Shown here: positions 9,747 through 20,073 of the stretch, in pieces | How the letters are laid out: each line of letters begins with the position of its first letter | Position numbering within the stretch: position 1 is the stretch's first letter | NCBI GenBank assembly: GCA_965222225.1 | Contig: CBDCTK010000002.1 | Coordinates: forward strand, 64,001-128,000 | Source of the DNA: Candidatus Poribacteria bacterium | GTDB taxonomy: Bacteria; Poribacteria; WGA-4E; JAJDTR01 | Direction: 5' to 3' | DNA length: 64,000 bases | Notes under the pieces: generated by a model | Seen by the model: only the letters and a program-made list of their open reading frames with translations | What the model was told of the DNA's origin: nothing | Database searches by the model: none | Translations under genes and position numbers: made by a program

Positions 9747-10886
9747 TTGACCAATCAATTGTACGATGCGATTGTTATCGGTGCCGGAAGTATGGGTAGC
9801 GCAGCGGCGTATCATCTTTCCAGAGCCGGTGCGAAGACGCTGGTGATTGAGCAGTTTTCACGGGGGCATACGTTCGGAAGCTCTCATGGCAACACACGGA
9901 TAATCCGTCTTGTTTATGAAAAACCCTTTTACACAGAGTTAATGAAATCCAGCTATGCCTGCTGGCGAGATCTCGAACGCGAATCAGAAAAGAAATTGCT
10001 TTATACCACTGGAAGTGTAGTTATCGCGCCGGTTGGGCACGAGTACGTAATCAGCACACGCGCAAGCCTTGATGCTGCGGGAGTCGAGTCTGAGTGGTTG
10101 AACGAGCAGGAGTTGGCTTCACGGCTGCCGCAATTCAAGATTGAGCCCAATACGATGATAGCCCTCTGGCAAAAGGATGGCGGCTTTCTACACGCCTCCG
10201 AATGTATATCCACGCACTTAGACTTGGCAAAGGAGCAGGGCGCAAAAATTCGAGAAAACACTGAGGTTATTACGGTGGATTGGGAGGCAAGTTCTCCGGT
10301 CGTCGTTTGCGAGGGCGAACGCTTCCAAGGAAAGAAAGTCGTAATAGCTGTAGGACCTTGGGCAGGACGGATTCTGCCAAATCTGAACCTACCGCTCACA
10401 GTAACCCGTCAACAGGTGGTTTACTTTAAACCAAAAAAGGAATCCTACTTCCAACCTGCCCATTTTCCGGTGTTTATTGATGTAACGAGACCGAAGTCGT
10501 TTTATGGCGTACCGGATTTCGAGGACAAAGGCGTGAAAGTGGGGGTGGACGGACATGGGGAGGAGTTCGCAACTTCCCTTGATTCGTGCAACCGTACACC
10601 CGAACCGGAATACATAAATTATGTTCGCGAATTCGTGGGCGAACGGATGCCCAACGCCGCCAGCGATGTATGCCACGCAGAAGTATGCCTCTACACGGAG
10701 ACGCCGGATAAGGATTTCATCATCGATTTACACCCCGATTGCCAGAACCTCGCCATTGCCGGAGGTTTCTCTGGGCATGGGTTTAAGTTTGGTGGGCTTG
10801 TTGGGAAGATACTTTCGGAACTTGCGCTAACGAGTGAAACTCGCTACGACATCAGTCATTTTCGGATAGATCGATTTGGTAGGTAG
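9747..10886 (+). CDS. solA: Monomeric sarcosine oxidase / N-methyl-L-tryptophan oxidase family flavoprotein
   Basis: GAGSMG, GSSHGNTRIIR, CLYTETPD (covalent FAD Cys), GFSGHGFKF. TTG start at 9747 follows AGGAGG. Confidence 0.85.
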   Translation: MTNQLYDAIVIGAGSMGSAAAYHLSRAGAKTLVIEQFSRGHTFGSSHGNTRIIRLVYEKPFYTELMKSSYACWRDLERESEKKLLYTTGSVVIAPVGHEYVISTRASLDAAGVESEWLNEQELASRLPQFKIEPNTMIALWQKDGGFLHASECISTHLDLAKEQGAKIRENTEVITVDWEASSPVVVCEGERFQGKKVVIAVGPWAGRILPNLNLPLTVTRQQVVYFKPKKESYFQPAHFPVFIDVTRPKSFYGVPDFEDKGVKVGVDGHGEEFATSLDSCNRTPEPEYINYVREFVGERMPNAASDVCHAEVCLYTETPDKDFIIDLHPDCQNLAIAGGFSGHGFKFGGLVGKILSELALTSETRYDISHFRIDRFGR

Positions 10887-10900
10887 ACAACGGGCGTTCC

Positions 10901-11704
10901 TTATCTTTCCTTCACGCCGCGTGCCAGCTCTCCCGCGAACTCCCCAACGTTCGCCAGAATCGCCGCTTCATTTTCCAGATGCTGTTCTATGACGTTGATG
11001 ATTGCGCTCCCAACGATAGCTCCGTCCGCAAGTTGTGCAACTTCCTGTGCTTGTTTCCGCGTGGAAACGCCAAACCCGACGCAAATGGGTTTGTAAGTGT
11101 GTTCGCGAAGTTGCGAGATCATCGGGGAAATCTCGTCTGACAGCGAATCTCGCGCGCCGGTCACGCCAGTGACCGATACGCAATAGATGAATCCGGTGCT
11201 AACCGCCGCAATGACGCTCAGTCGCTCCGGCGGGCTCGTAGGTGACACCAGGAAAACCGTTGCTAGGTTGTATTGTTCAGCGATTGCTAACAACGTGCCC
11301 GCTTCTTCGGGCGGCAGGTCAGGGACAATCACGCCATCCACCCCCGCCTCGCTTGCAGCACGGCAGAATTCATCCTCGCCCATTCGAAAGATGGGGTTGT
11401 AGTATGTCATGAGCGCAATTGGAATCTCTGTCTTACGCCGAACTTCTCGAACCAAATTAATGATCTGCCGTAATGAAATTTTACCTGCAAGTGCTCGCTC
11501 GCTTGCACGTTGAATCGTCGGTCCATCGGCAATTGGATCGGAAAACGGAACACCAAACTCAATGAGATCGGCGCCGGATTTTTCGAGCGTTAAGAGAAGT
11601 TTTTGACTAAGTTCCGGCGTCGGGTCGCCGGCACAGATATAGGGCATGAACGCCCGTTCTCCCCGATTCTGTAGTTCTCTAAATTTCGATTCGATTCGAT
11701 TCAA
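10901..11704 (-). CDS. trpA: Tryptophan synthase alpha chain
   Basis: AGDP, IEFGVPFSDPIADGPTIQ, MTYYNP, PDLPPEE, VSVTGVTG, VGFGV, GAIVGSA. Confidence 0.97.
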   Translation of the reverse strand: MNRIESKFRELQNRGERAFMPYICAGDPTPELSQKLLLTLEKSGADLIEFGVPFSDPIADGPTIQRASERALAGKISLRQIINLVREVRRKTEIPIALMTYYNPIFRMGEDEFCRAASEAGVDGVIVPDLPPEEAGTLLAIAEQYNLATVFLVSPTSPPERLSVIAAVSTGFIYCVSVTGVTGARDSLSDEISPMISQLREHTYKPICVGFGVSTRKQAQEVAQLADGAIVGSAIINVIEQHLENEAAILANVGEFAGELARGVKER

Positions 11705-11880
11705 GATAAACCCTTATTAAATGTATGTGCCAAATCTGTGAAGTTTGAACTGGAGGACCATAGCGCGTCGATAACCGCACACCTGTATCAATCCACAATC
11801 CAGTTGACGTAGGTGTGAACTCCGAAGCCACTTTGCCACCTGAATGAGGAATTAGTGTTTTTCTTGTGGTCAAACGCCCC

Positions 11881-13452
11881 CTATTTCAAAATGAGCATTT
11901 TTCGCGTGGCTTGGAACGGGGCAGCATGTAGGGTGTAGAAATAGAGTCCGCTGGAAACTCTTTCTCCGATTTGGTCTTTGCCATCCCAGTAAACCGCGGT
12001 TTCACGAGTAAGATAACTCCCGGTTTTTTGCTGTCCGAGATTCAATTCTCGAATCAGTTGCCCCTGCACGTTGTGAATGCGGAGCATAACAGAAGCATCT
12101 GTCGCCAACTGATACGGCATCCACGTCTCCGGATTGAAGGGGTTCGGGAAGTTTTGAAGCAGGGCGGTGCGCTTGACCCGACCGAACGTGGTCAGTGACA
12201 ATCCAAACGGTTCGATGGCAAAGGGTGGAGTATCAAAGGCTTCGATGGTGCTATACACGTAAGCCGCGTGACCGTCACCGTTGGGCCATCCGTCGTGCAC
12301 CAAAAACGGCTTGCTATGAGATGAGATAGCCGCGGTGTTTTCGCTCATGGAGACTGCGTATCCGAAGTTCAAATCTCTGGCGCCGTGCTCAGGCGTAACC
12401 TTCGCGGTCTGCGTCCAAACTCCGTCTTCGCGTACAAACGAGTAAGCGGCACCCGATCCCCTTTCGGGACGGTCATATCCAGGCGCTCCAACGATAACGA
12501 TGTTCCCGGTGGTAGCAACACCCGCTCCGAAGTTATGTCCTTTCTCGGCATCTTTGGGTCTCAACTTTGCTTGTAGTTTCCAACTGTTGCCATCCGGGAC
12601 GAAAATGTATGCAGTGCCGACATCTTTTGCGTTTTCGCTATCGTAGAACGGTGATCCCACTACAATGGTTTTCCCCATGAGTCCGACAGAGGTTCCAAAA
12701 CGATCGGCTTTTCCGCCATCATCTACCGCGAGTTTGGCTTGTTGAGTCCACCTGTTCCCGTTTCGCACGAAAACGTAAGCGGCACCGGTAAATCTTTTTC
12801 CGCCGTGAGTGTGGCCGTTTGCTCCAATGATTGCGGTGTTGCCATGGACGAAGACAGCTTCCCCGAAGGCGTCCGATCCACTCAGATCCGTGGGAATTAG
12901 CTTTGCCTGTTTCCGCCACGTGATCCCGTCACGGAAGAAGACATAAGCGGATCCAGCGTCCTTGCCGGCATCGTCGTCCCTTGGTACGCCAATGATGGCG
13001 GTGTTTCTGTCGACCGAGACGGACTCGCCGAAACTGTCCGCTGCTTCTGGATTGTCCCCTACAAGCCTTGCACGTTGTTGCCACGTTCTACCGCTTCGGG
13101 CAAAGACAAAAGCGGAGCCGGATTTATCCGCGCCCGCATTGGCGTTTGGCACCCCGATCACCGCGGTGTCACCACTAATGGCAACCGACCATCCGACATT
13201 GCCGTCATGCTGGGGAATCAATTTCGCCTGCTCTTCCCAGTTATTGCCATCGCCTACAAATACCTTGGCGTAGTTTTGACCGGGCGATCCGACAATCACA
13301 GAACTCCCACTGATATCCGAAGACATCTGTGGTCCGGTCGTTTCCTCGTCAGCAACTAGCTTTATTTCCTTCTGTCCGAATGCCAGTTGATTCACAGCTA
13401 CCAATTGTATACCGAGAACCAAACATGCGAGAATTGCCAACGCCTTTCTCAT
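11881..13452 (-). CDS. Secreted FG-GAP repeat beta-propeller protein with FlgD-Ig/T9SS-like C-terminal domain
   Basis: Signal peptide; FGxxV...VGAP...GAAY repeats; LLQNFPNPFNPETW...YWDGKD...SGLYFY. Confidence 0.88.
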   Translation of the reverse strand: MRKALAILACLVLGIQLVAVNQLAFGQKEIKLVADEETTGPQMSSDISGSSVIVGSPGQNYAKVFVGDGNNWEEQAKLIPQHDGNVGWSVAISGDTAVIGVPNANAGADKSGSAFVFARSGRTWQQRARLVGDNPEAADSFGESVSVDRNTAIIGVPRDDDAGKDAGSAYVFFRDGITWRKQAKLIPTDLSGSDAFGEAVFVHGNTAIIGANGHTHGGKRFTGAAYVFVRNGNRWTQQAKLAVDDGGKADRFGTSVGLMGKTIVVGSPFYDSENAKDVGTAYIFVPDGNSWKLQAKLRPKDAEKGHNFGAGVATTGNIVIVGAPGYDRPERGSGAAYSFVREDGVWTQTAKVTPEHGARDLNFGYAVSMSENTAAISSHSKPFLVHDGWPNGDGHAAYVYSTIEAFDTPPFAIEPFGLSLTTFGRVKRTALLQNFPNPFNPETWMPYQLATDASVMLRIHNVQGQLIRELNLGQQKTGSYLTRETAVYWDGKDQIGERVSSGLYFYTLHAAPFQATRKMLILK

Positions 13453-13552
13453 AGAAAGATCCTTTCGACATTGAATCGCCGACGATTATGCGAGCAACTC
13501 AATATGATGCCATTCCCATCAGGAGGCAATATGGAGGACTCGTGATGCATTC

Positions 13553-16339
13553 CTATTTAGATATCAACATCTTGCGTGTCGTGGCAAAATCGTGCGTCTT
13601 GAGCGTGTAGAAGTAGGTACCGGAGGAGACTTGCTCACCGGTGCTGTTGCGCCCATCCCAGTATGTGGCTGTGGAGCGTGTCATGTAGAAACCAGCCGGT
13701 TTAATCCCGAGGTCAAGTGTCCTTACAAGACGGCCAGACACTTCATATATCTGTATGGTGGCGAAACCAGATTGACTAAGTTGGAAAGGCAACCACGTCT
13801 CGGGGTTGAACGGATTGGGAAAATTCTGCGCCAGTTGCGTCTGCTTCGGACGAACATCACCCACAATCAGCGGTATCCGCTTGTAAGCCTGTCGGATGTC
13901 CGCGATATCGACCATGTGGTGGTGCGGCCCCGAAACAATGTTTCCATCGTCATCAATCACTGTGATATCAAGCACATCGCCCGCTTGTACGACACTATTC
14001 CGATTGAGATTTGCCCACACTGCAGCGATGTGCGTATTGTCAGTAGCAACTCGATCTGTTGCCGTCGCGCCAGTACGTAGGTTTTTGGCAATTACAGTAT
14101 AATTGGTCTGCGGCAGAGCATTCTTCAGATCGCTAGTCACGACAAACGCCCAAGCTTCTGCGAAATGGGTAATCCCCGGCGCCGCCGCGGGTTCATTTTC
14201 CCACGCCTTACCAGAGAACGCAACCGAGCCGCCTTCAGGTGTGTTAACAATGTATGCATGGCCGCCTTCAATAGAGAATCCCGAGCCGCGCTCATCGTCA
14301 GTGAAGGCGACGAAATCTTGGGAGGCGGAGTCAAGTCGTATGACGGCGGTCGCATTCACCATTTCAGCGAATCTACGGGCGGAAATCGGATCTTCGGGCA
14401 CAAGTGGCAGAGAAATCATGTTCAATCCCTGTTCTAGAGAGGTTACAAAGATTGCCGGAACCGGCGGCGTTTCCCACAGCAATAAAGCTCCATCAAGCCC
14501 ACCGCTGGCAATTACACTGCCATCATTGTTAAAAGCGACGCTGTAAACAGACGATTTGTGTCCGTGCAAGGTCTTGATACGCGCAAGTGTATTGGTATCC
14601 CAGAGGCGAACCGTATTATCCCAACTTCCAGTAGCGATTATTTTTCCATTCGGACTGAAGGTTATGCTTTTAATGACGCTTTGGAACGAGTCAACAGATT
14701 TCCGCAGTTCACCGGTTGTAACGTCCCACAAACGAATGATGGCGTCCCAGCCGCCACTCGCCACCGTATTCCCGTCAGGACTAAAGGCGACGGTAAGCGC
14801 ATCACCACTGTGTCCTATGAGCTTGTGCAGTTCCTCACCGGATTCGACATCCCATAAACGAACAGTATTGTCTCGACTTGCGCTAGCGAGCTTGCGACCA
14901 GTGGGGCTGAATGCCAGTCCTTCGACACCGGTCGTATGACCGACGAGCGTTTTCAGCCGCGCTCCCGTCGCCACATCCCACAAGCGGATATCGTCATCTT
15001 CACTTCCACTCGCAAGTGTAGTTCCATCAGGGCTGAAGGCTAAGCTGATGAGATAAGCTCTGTGGCCGACAAGAGTCTTGAGGTGCGCCCCTGTGTCAAC
15101 ATCCCATAAGCGGACAGTATGGTCCTCGCTCCCACTAGCCAGTGTGCGTCCACCCGGACTGAAGACAACGATACCTATATCGTCTGTGTGTCCAAACAAG
15201 ATGTGGTCGAGTTTTCCCGTTTCGGTATTCCAAAGTCGAATGGTCGAGTCCCAGCTTCGACCGACAAGAGCACGGCCGTCTGGTCTGAAACTAACGCTCA
15301 AGACGACATCCGTATGCACGGTGACGGTATTGAGGTGGGCGCCTGTCTCGGCATCCCAAAATCGAATAGTGGCATCCCATCCGCCAGTGGCGAATGTGCC
15401 GCCATCGGGATTGAAATCGACTCTGACCACATCTGCCGTGTGCCCGGCAATGGTCGTTTTCAATATTCCCGTGTCGGTATCCCACAGGCGGATCGTGTCG
15501 TCTTCACTCACGCTCACCAACGTGTGACCATCCTGTGGGGAAAAGGCGAGGTCGTAGATAACGGAGGTGTGACCGGTGAGAATCATGGTTTGCGTTGCTG
15601 TCGCAATGTCCAAGAAGTGAATCTCGCCGTTATAATCGCCGCTGGCAAGCGTTTCTCCATCCGGACTAAAAGTGACCGCTTGGACAAGCGACCTGTGTCC
15701 CGTGATGTTTTGGAGTTCCTCGCCCGTAGCGACATCCCACAGGCGCGCGGTTTGGTCCCAACTCCCGGTTGCAAGCATAGTACCGTCCGGACTGAATGCT
15801 ACAGTATTTACGCGATCGCTATGCCCCTCGATAGTTCGAATCTCCTCCCCCGTTGCCATATCCCAAAGGCGGACTGTCCGGTCATAACTCGCGCTGGCAA
15901 GTATAGTCTCATCCGGGCTGATGTCTATGCTACGGATACCGCTCCAATGTCCCTCAATAGTTTGGAGTGACTCACCAGTCTCGGGATCCCATAGCCGTAT
16001 AGTTGTATCCCAACTCCCGCTGGCAAGCACGTTGCCACTGCTAGAGTACGCCAAGGCAGTGACCTCCTCCGTATGTGCGGAAAGTAACGCCACCTCTTCA
16101 AAAGTCGCTGTATCATAAATCCAGATGCCGATGGAGCTAGCAGCCGCAAGGCGGGTACCGTCGGGAGAATACTTGATTTCTGCCACCCAGCCTTTTCCGA
16201 CGCGCTTTTTGGCGTCCTCCGGCAAACTCCACTGCGAAAAATCCTCCGCCTCTTGCGCTAACGTGTTTAGCGAAAACAGGGTCAAAAGAATAAACGCCAT
16301 CAAAATAATTTTTATATTGAAGATCTCCATAAGCTGCAA
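13553..16339 (-). CDS. Secreted WD40-repeat protein with an uncharacterised middle domain and FlgD-like CTD
   Basis: About 14 GH...VAFSPDG..LASGS.D.TVRLWD repeats; GLNMISLPL domain; QNFPNPFNPETW. Exact start uncertain. Confidence 0.9.
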   Translation of the reverse strand: MQLMEIFNIKIILMAFILLTLFSLNTLAQEAEDFSQWSLPEDAKKRVGKGWVAEIKYSPDGTRLAAASSIGIWIYDTATFEEVALLSAHTEEVTALAYSSSGNVLASGSWDTTIRLWDPETGESLQTIEGHWSGIRSIDISPDETILASASYDRTVRLWDMATGEEIRTIEGHSDRVNTVAFSPDGTMLATGSWDQTARLWDVATGEELQNITGHRSLVQAVTFSPDGETLASGDYNGEIHFLDIATATQTMILTGHTSVIYDLAFSPQDGHTLVSVSEDDTIRLWDTDTGILKTTIAGHTADVVRVDFNPDGGTFATGGWDATIRFWDAETGAHLNTVTVHTDVVLSVSFRPDGRALVGRSWDSTIRLWNTETGKLDHILFGHTDDIGIVVFSPGGRTLASGSEDHTVRLWDVDTGAHLKTLVGHRAYLISLAFSPDGTTLASGSEDDDIRLWDVATGARLKTLVGHTTGVEGLAFSPTGRKLASASRDNTVRLWDVESGEELHKLIGHSGDALTVAFSPDGNTVASGGWDAIIRLWDVTTGELRKSVDSFQSVIKSITFSPNGKIIATGSWDNTVRLWDTNTLARIKTLHGHKSSVYSVAFNNDGSVIASGGLDGALLLWETPPVPAIFVTSLEQGLNMISLPLVPEDPISARRFAEMVNATAVIRLDSASQDFVAFTDDERGSGFSIEGGHAYIVNTPEGGSVAFSGKAWENEPAAAPGITHFAEAWAFVVTSDLKNALPQTNYTVIAKNLRTGATATDRVATDNTHIAAVWANLNRNSVVQAGDVLDITVIDDDGNIVSGPHHHMVDIADIRQAYKRIPLIVGDVRPKQTQLAQNFPNPFNPETWLPFQLSQSGFATIQIYEVSGRLVRTLDLGIKPAGFYMTRSTATYWDGRNSTGEQVSSGTYFYTLKTHDFATTRKMLISK

Positions 16340-16641
16340 TGTTGGTTACGGACCTTAACACGTTAAGGTCGCATACTTCAGTTTATTGTCTTCTGTCGGA
16401 GTCGAATTAAGCTTGAGATTTGTGACGCCCCAAATTTCAATGAAAGTCGCAGGGGTATGTGCATATTGCTCCGATTGTGCAATCAAGTCTGATATCTGAT
16501 AATGGTGGTTTGAGGAGCAATTGTCGCTAGACTATTTTAACGAGCTTGCAAGTCAAATTATTCTAAAAGAACGTATGCCATTTTTCTATATTTGCAGTAC
16601 ATTAATGGCGTCAATCAAGCCTTCCCAATGCTGGGCAGGAA

Positions 16642-16676
16642 GATCTCTATCGCGGTTGTTATTCACTCCCTTGATC
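16642..16676 (+). repeat. 35-bp dispersed element, copy C, inside a REP-like hairpin (16630-16685)
   Basis: GATCTCTATCGCGGTTGTTATTCACTCCCTTGATC between GCTGGG and CCCGCCTAC. Confidence 0.7.
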
Positions 16677-16812
16677 CCCGCCTACCGGGTTTGGTGTGCA
16701 GGGAATTGGTTGGTATGGGTTTTTCATACAGCATTATTGAAAACCATTATATGCAATATTATTCAAACGAAATGGTATTACGCATTAACAGAAGGTCGCG
16801 ATTCGGAGATTA

Positions 16813-16870
16813 GATTTCTATCGCATTCACTATTCGCTCATTTGATGGGTGATTATCCATTCGCTTGATC
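16813..16870 (+). repeat. 35-bp dispersed element, copy D, plus an extra 3' subunit, inside a REP (16796-16878)
   Basis: GATTTCTATCGCATTCACTATTCGCTCATTTGATG then GGTGATTATCCATTCGCTTGATC, between TCGCGATTCGGAGAT and GTGCCTAC. Confidence 0.7.
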
Positions 16871-17203
16871 GTGCCTACTACTATTTCTAGCTTCAGTTGA
16901 ATGAGTGTTGGGTTTCACTATACGATTGAACTGCGTAAGTCCTATCCGTGTTACGCGGTCAGGATTCAAACTCCAGAACTCGAAGTGCTAAGCCGGCAAG
17001 ATCACAACGTTGAAGGAATGCAATCGTGTATGCCCAGTGACACATGGGGAGAGCGTACATCAAAGAGGCAATCTGCCGATGAATCGAGGTGACGTCAATC
17101 GTTTCGGTCCATTGCGTAAAAAAACGTGATGCACACGAAACAAAATATCTTTTTGCTAATCCCGCCATCCAATTATCCAACCAAATCCATCCGGCAGCCG
17201 AGC

Positions 17204-19696
17204 TCATTTCTGTATCAACATTTTCCGTGTTTCCGCAAAATCCTCGGCAGTCAGGGTATAGAAGTAAACACCACTTGCTACCACCTCGCCGTGCCTATTG
17301 TGACCATCCCAATATGCCGCATGACTCCGATCGGTGTAGAACCCTGCGGTCTGGCGGCCTAAATCTATTCGCCTTACGAACTCACCATTGACATCATAAA
17401 TTGTAAGCCGCACACTTGCGTCTTCGGCGAGGTGATACGGAATCCACGTTTCAGGATTGAAAGGATTCGGATAGTTCGGCAACAGTACGGTCTTCGTTGG
17501 ACGCAGAGCCGTGAGAAGTTGCTCCAAGAACCGAATACCTCTTTGCGACACAGCATCCGTAAGCTTCAATTCCCATGCTTGCGTGAGCCACTGCTTTACG
17601 TCCGCTGCGTTCAGCGTCACCACCATGTCGGGATGCGCCGGCGATGCGGCTGCCGCTACTCCCAACGCGCTAGCAACCGCAACCAAGTCCAATGTATTGA
17701 TTTGACCATCTCCATTGATGTCGGTAGCCGCATTCTCCTCCGCGTCACCAAAGGCTGAAGCAACTAGCACGAGGTCAAATATATTTAACTCCCCGTTCCC
17801 GTCTGCATCCCCGACGATGGAGGACGATTCTGCGCCAATGGCCGGGGGCAGTGACGGCGCGTCCCAAACCAACACGGTGCCATCCCTTCCTCCACTGGCG
17901 ATGGTGCTGCCATCAGGACTGAAAGCAACGCTCCTAACGCTTGATGTGTGTCCTATAAACGTGCTTATGAGTTCACCCGAAACAACATCCCATACACGAA
18001 CGGTGTTGTCCCAGCTTCCACTGGCAATTGCGCGACCGTCGGGGCTAAACGTGACGCTACGGACACCACTTTCATGTCCCGTGAGGGTTTTTAACGCGTC
18101 TCCCGTCGTCGCATCCCAGATCCGAATCGTATGATCTTGGCTGCCGCTAGCCAGAAGCGTTCCGTTGGGGCTGAAAGCAACGCTCAGAACATCGGCTTCA
18201 TGTTCTGCGATGTACATCCGTGTTCTGCCAGAAGCCACATCCCATATACGAATCGTGTCGTCGCGGCTTCCACTTGCGAGTATCTCACCATTGGGGTGAA
18301 AATCGATGCTCTCAACTCCAGCCAGGTGCCCGTAGAGAAAGTCCAACCGCTGACCCGTAGTTGTATCCCACAGCCGAACGATGTCGTCCTCGCTGCCGCT
18401 AGCCAGTATACTCCCGCCGGGACTGAAGGCAAGGCTAATCAGATAAGCCCAGTGTCCAACAAGCGTTCTAAGAAGTTCTCCGGTGTTCGAATCCCATACC
18501 CTTACAGTGTCGTCCTGACTTCCGCTAGCGATCTTACTACCATCCGGACTAAAAACGACCACGTCTACGTCATCCGTATGTCCTACGAGCACATTATCAA
18601 GCTGACCCGTTTCCGTGTTCCAAAGACGGATGGTCTTGTCCCAGCTTCTACCGACGAGCGTCTGACCGTCAGGCGAAAAAGTAACGCTCAACACGAGATC
18701 CGCATGCCCCGTGATACTGCTAATTTCGTCTCCCGTCTCGGCATTCCAGAATCGGACAGTGGCATCAAATCCGCCGCTGGCTAACGTCTTGCCATCGGGG
18801 CTATACGCAATCCTGTAGACATCAGCCGTATGTCCGGTGATCGTCTTGACGTTCGCGCCCGTTTTGGTGTCCCAAAGTCGAATGGTGTCGTCTTCGCTAG
18901 CACTCGCCAGCGTTTTGCCGTCCAGCGAGAAGTCAATGTCGTAAACATCCGAAGAATGACCGCTGAGTGTCCTGAGTAGTGTTCCGGTCTCGACATCCCA
19001 CAAGTGGATCATGGCGTCAAAATCCGAACTGGCGAGCATGTTCCCATCGGGACTGAAAGCAACTGCCCGAACAAGCGAGGAATGCGCCGGGAAGCTCCTG
19101 ATTTCCTCCCCCGCGACTGAATCCCACAAACGGACAGTGTGATCCCAGCTTCCACTGGCGAGAGTCTTGCCATCTTGACTGAAAGTAACGCTATTCACCC
19201 AGTCGGTGTGTCCGGTGAGAGTTCTTAGCTCTTCACCCGTGGCAACATCCCATATACGAATTGTTTTGTCGTCGCTCCCACTGGCAAGCGTGCTGTCGTC
19301 CTCACCGAAAGCCAAACTTCGAATAGCAGCCTCATGTCCCGATATGGTTCGGATTTCGTCTCCAGAAACAGCATCCCACAGCCGGATGACATTATCGTCG
19401 CCTCCACTCGCTATCGTACTACCATCCGAAGAATACGCGATAGCATTTACTGTTTTCGTATGCCCGGTCAGCAAATCAATCTCTTGATTGGTTGCCGTAT
19501 CGTAAATCCAAATCCCGATTGAACCTGCAACCGCGAGACGAGTGCCATCGGGAGGGGAATATTGAATTTCACGTATCCAGCCTTTGCCGAGGCGCTGTCT
19601 TGCTCCTTGGGGTAAATCCCATTGCGACGAATCTTGCGCGAACGTATATAGTGAAGATATGGGTAGTAAGGCCACCAACATCAGGATTATTTTCAT
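17204..19696 (-). CDS. Secreted WD40-repeat protein with a dockerin-like Ca-binding pair and FlgD-like CTD
   Basis: Signal peptide; about 14 WD40 repeats; GDADGNGELNIFDL and DINGDGQINTLDL; PNYPNPFNPETW. Confidence 0.9.
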   Translation of the reverse strand: MKIILMLVALLPISSLYTFAQDSSQWDLPQGARQRLGKGWIREIQYSPPDGTRLAVAGSIGIWIYDTATNQEIDLLTGHTKTVNAIAYSSDGSTIASGGDDNVIRLWDAVSGDEIRTISGHEAAIRSLAFGEDDSTLASGSDDKTIRIWDVATGEELRTLTGHTDWVNSVTFSQDGKTLASGSWDHTVRLWDSVAGEEIRSFPAHSSLVRAVAFSPDGNMLASSDFDAMIHLWDVETGTLLRTLSGHSSDVYDIDFSLDGKTLASASEDDTIRLWDTKTGANVKTITGHTADVYRIAYSPDGKTLASGGFDATVRFWNAETGDEISSITGHADLVLSVTFSPDGQTLVGRSWDKTIRLWNTETGQLDNVLVGHTDDVDVVVFSPDGSKIASGSQDDTVRVWDSNTGELLRTLVGHWAYLISLAFSPGGSILASGSEDDIVRLWDTTTGQRLDFLYGHLAGVESIDFHPNGEILASGSRDDTIRIWDVASGRTRMYIAEHEADVLSVAFSPNGTLLASGSQDHTIRIWDATTGDALKTLTGHESGVRSVTFSPDGRAIASGSWDNTVRVWDVVSGELISTFIGHTSSVRSVAFSPDGSTIASGGRDGTVLVWDAPSLPPAIGAESSSIVGDADGNGELNIFDLVLVASAFGDAEENAATDINGDGQINTLDLVAVASALGVAAAASPAHPDMVVTLNAADVKQWLTQAWELKLTDAVSQRGIRFLEQLLTALRPTKTVLLPNYPNPFNPETWIPYHLAEDASVRLTIYDVNGEFVRRIDLGRQTAGFYTDRSHAAYWDGHNRHGEVVASGVYFYTLTAEDFAETRKMLIQK

Positions 19697-20073
19697 TAAG
19701 AGACTCTCCTTAATTCTCAGATTGATTGTATCGGTCGCGTATATGCAGGCGATTTTCGTGCCGTAATTTTTTTTTAGGACTTACGCAATTCAGTTTTTAG
19801 GAACGTAGAGCTGCGTTCCCAACGTACCTGATTCGTAGAAAATGACAAAGACGTAAGGGGTATTACGTACGTAGGGATCCCACAGGTATGTAGCAGCCAA
19901 CAATGAAAACATGAAAAAACGTCCTACAAATGACCGAAATTGGCTTTGCCACCGATTATTTAAACAGACTCTTATTGTGAAAGTCCTGTTCGGATGCAAT
20001 CAAGGTTCCATAACTATTACCCGACGAGATATGTGCGCATGACACAGGCCGGTCTCGCCGAAGCGACGCCGTC

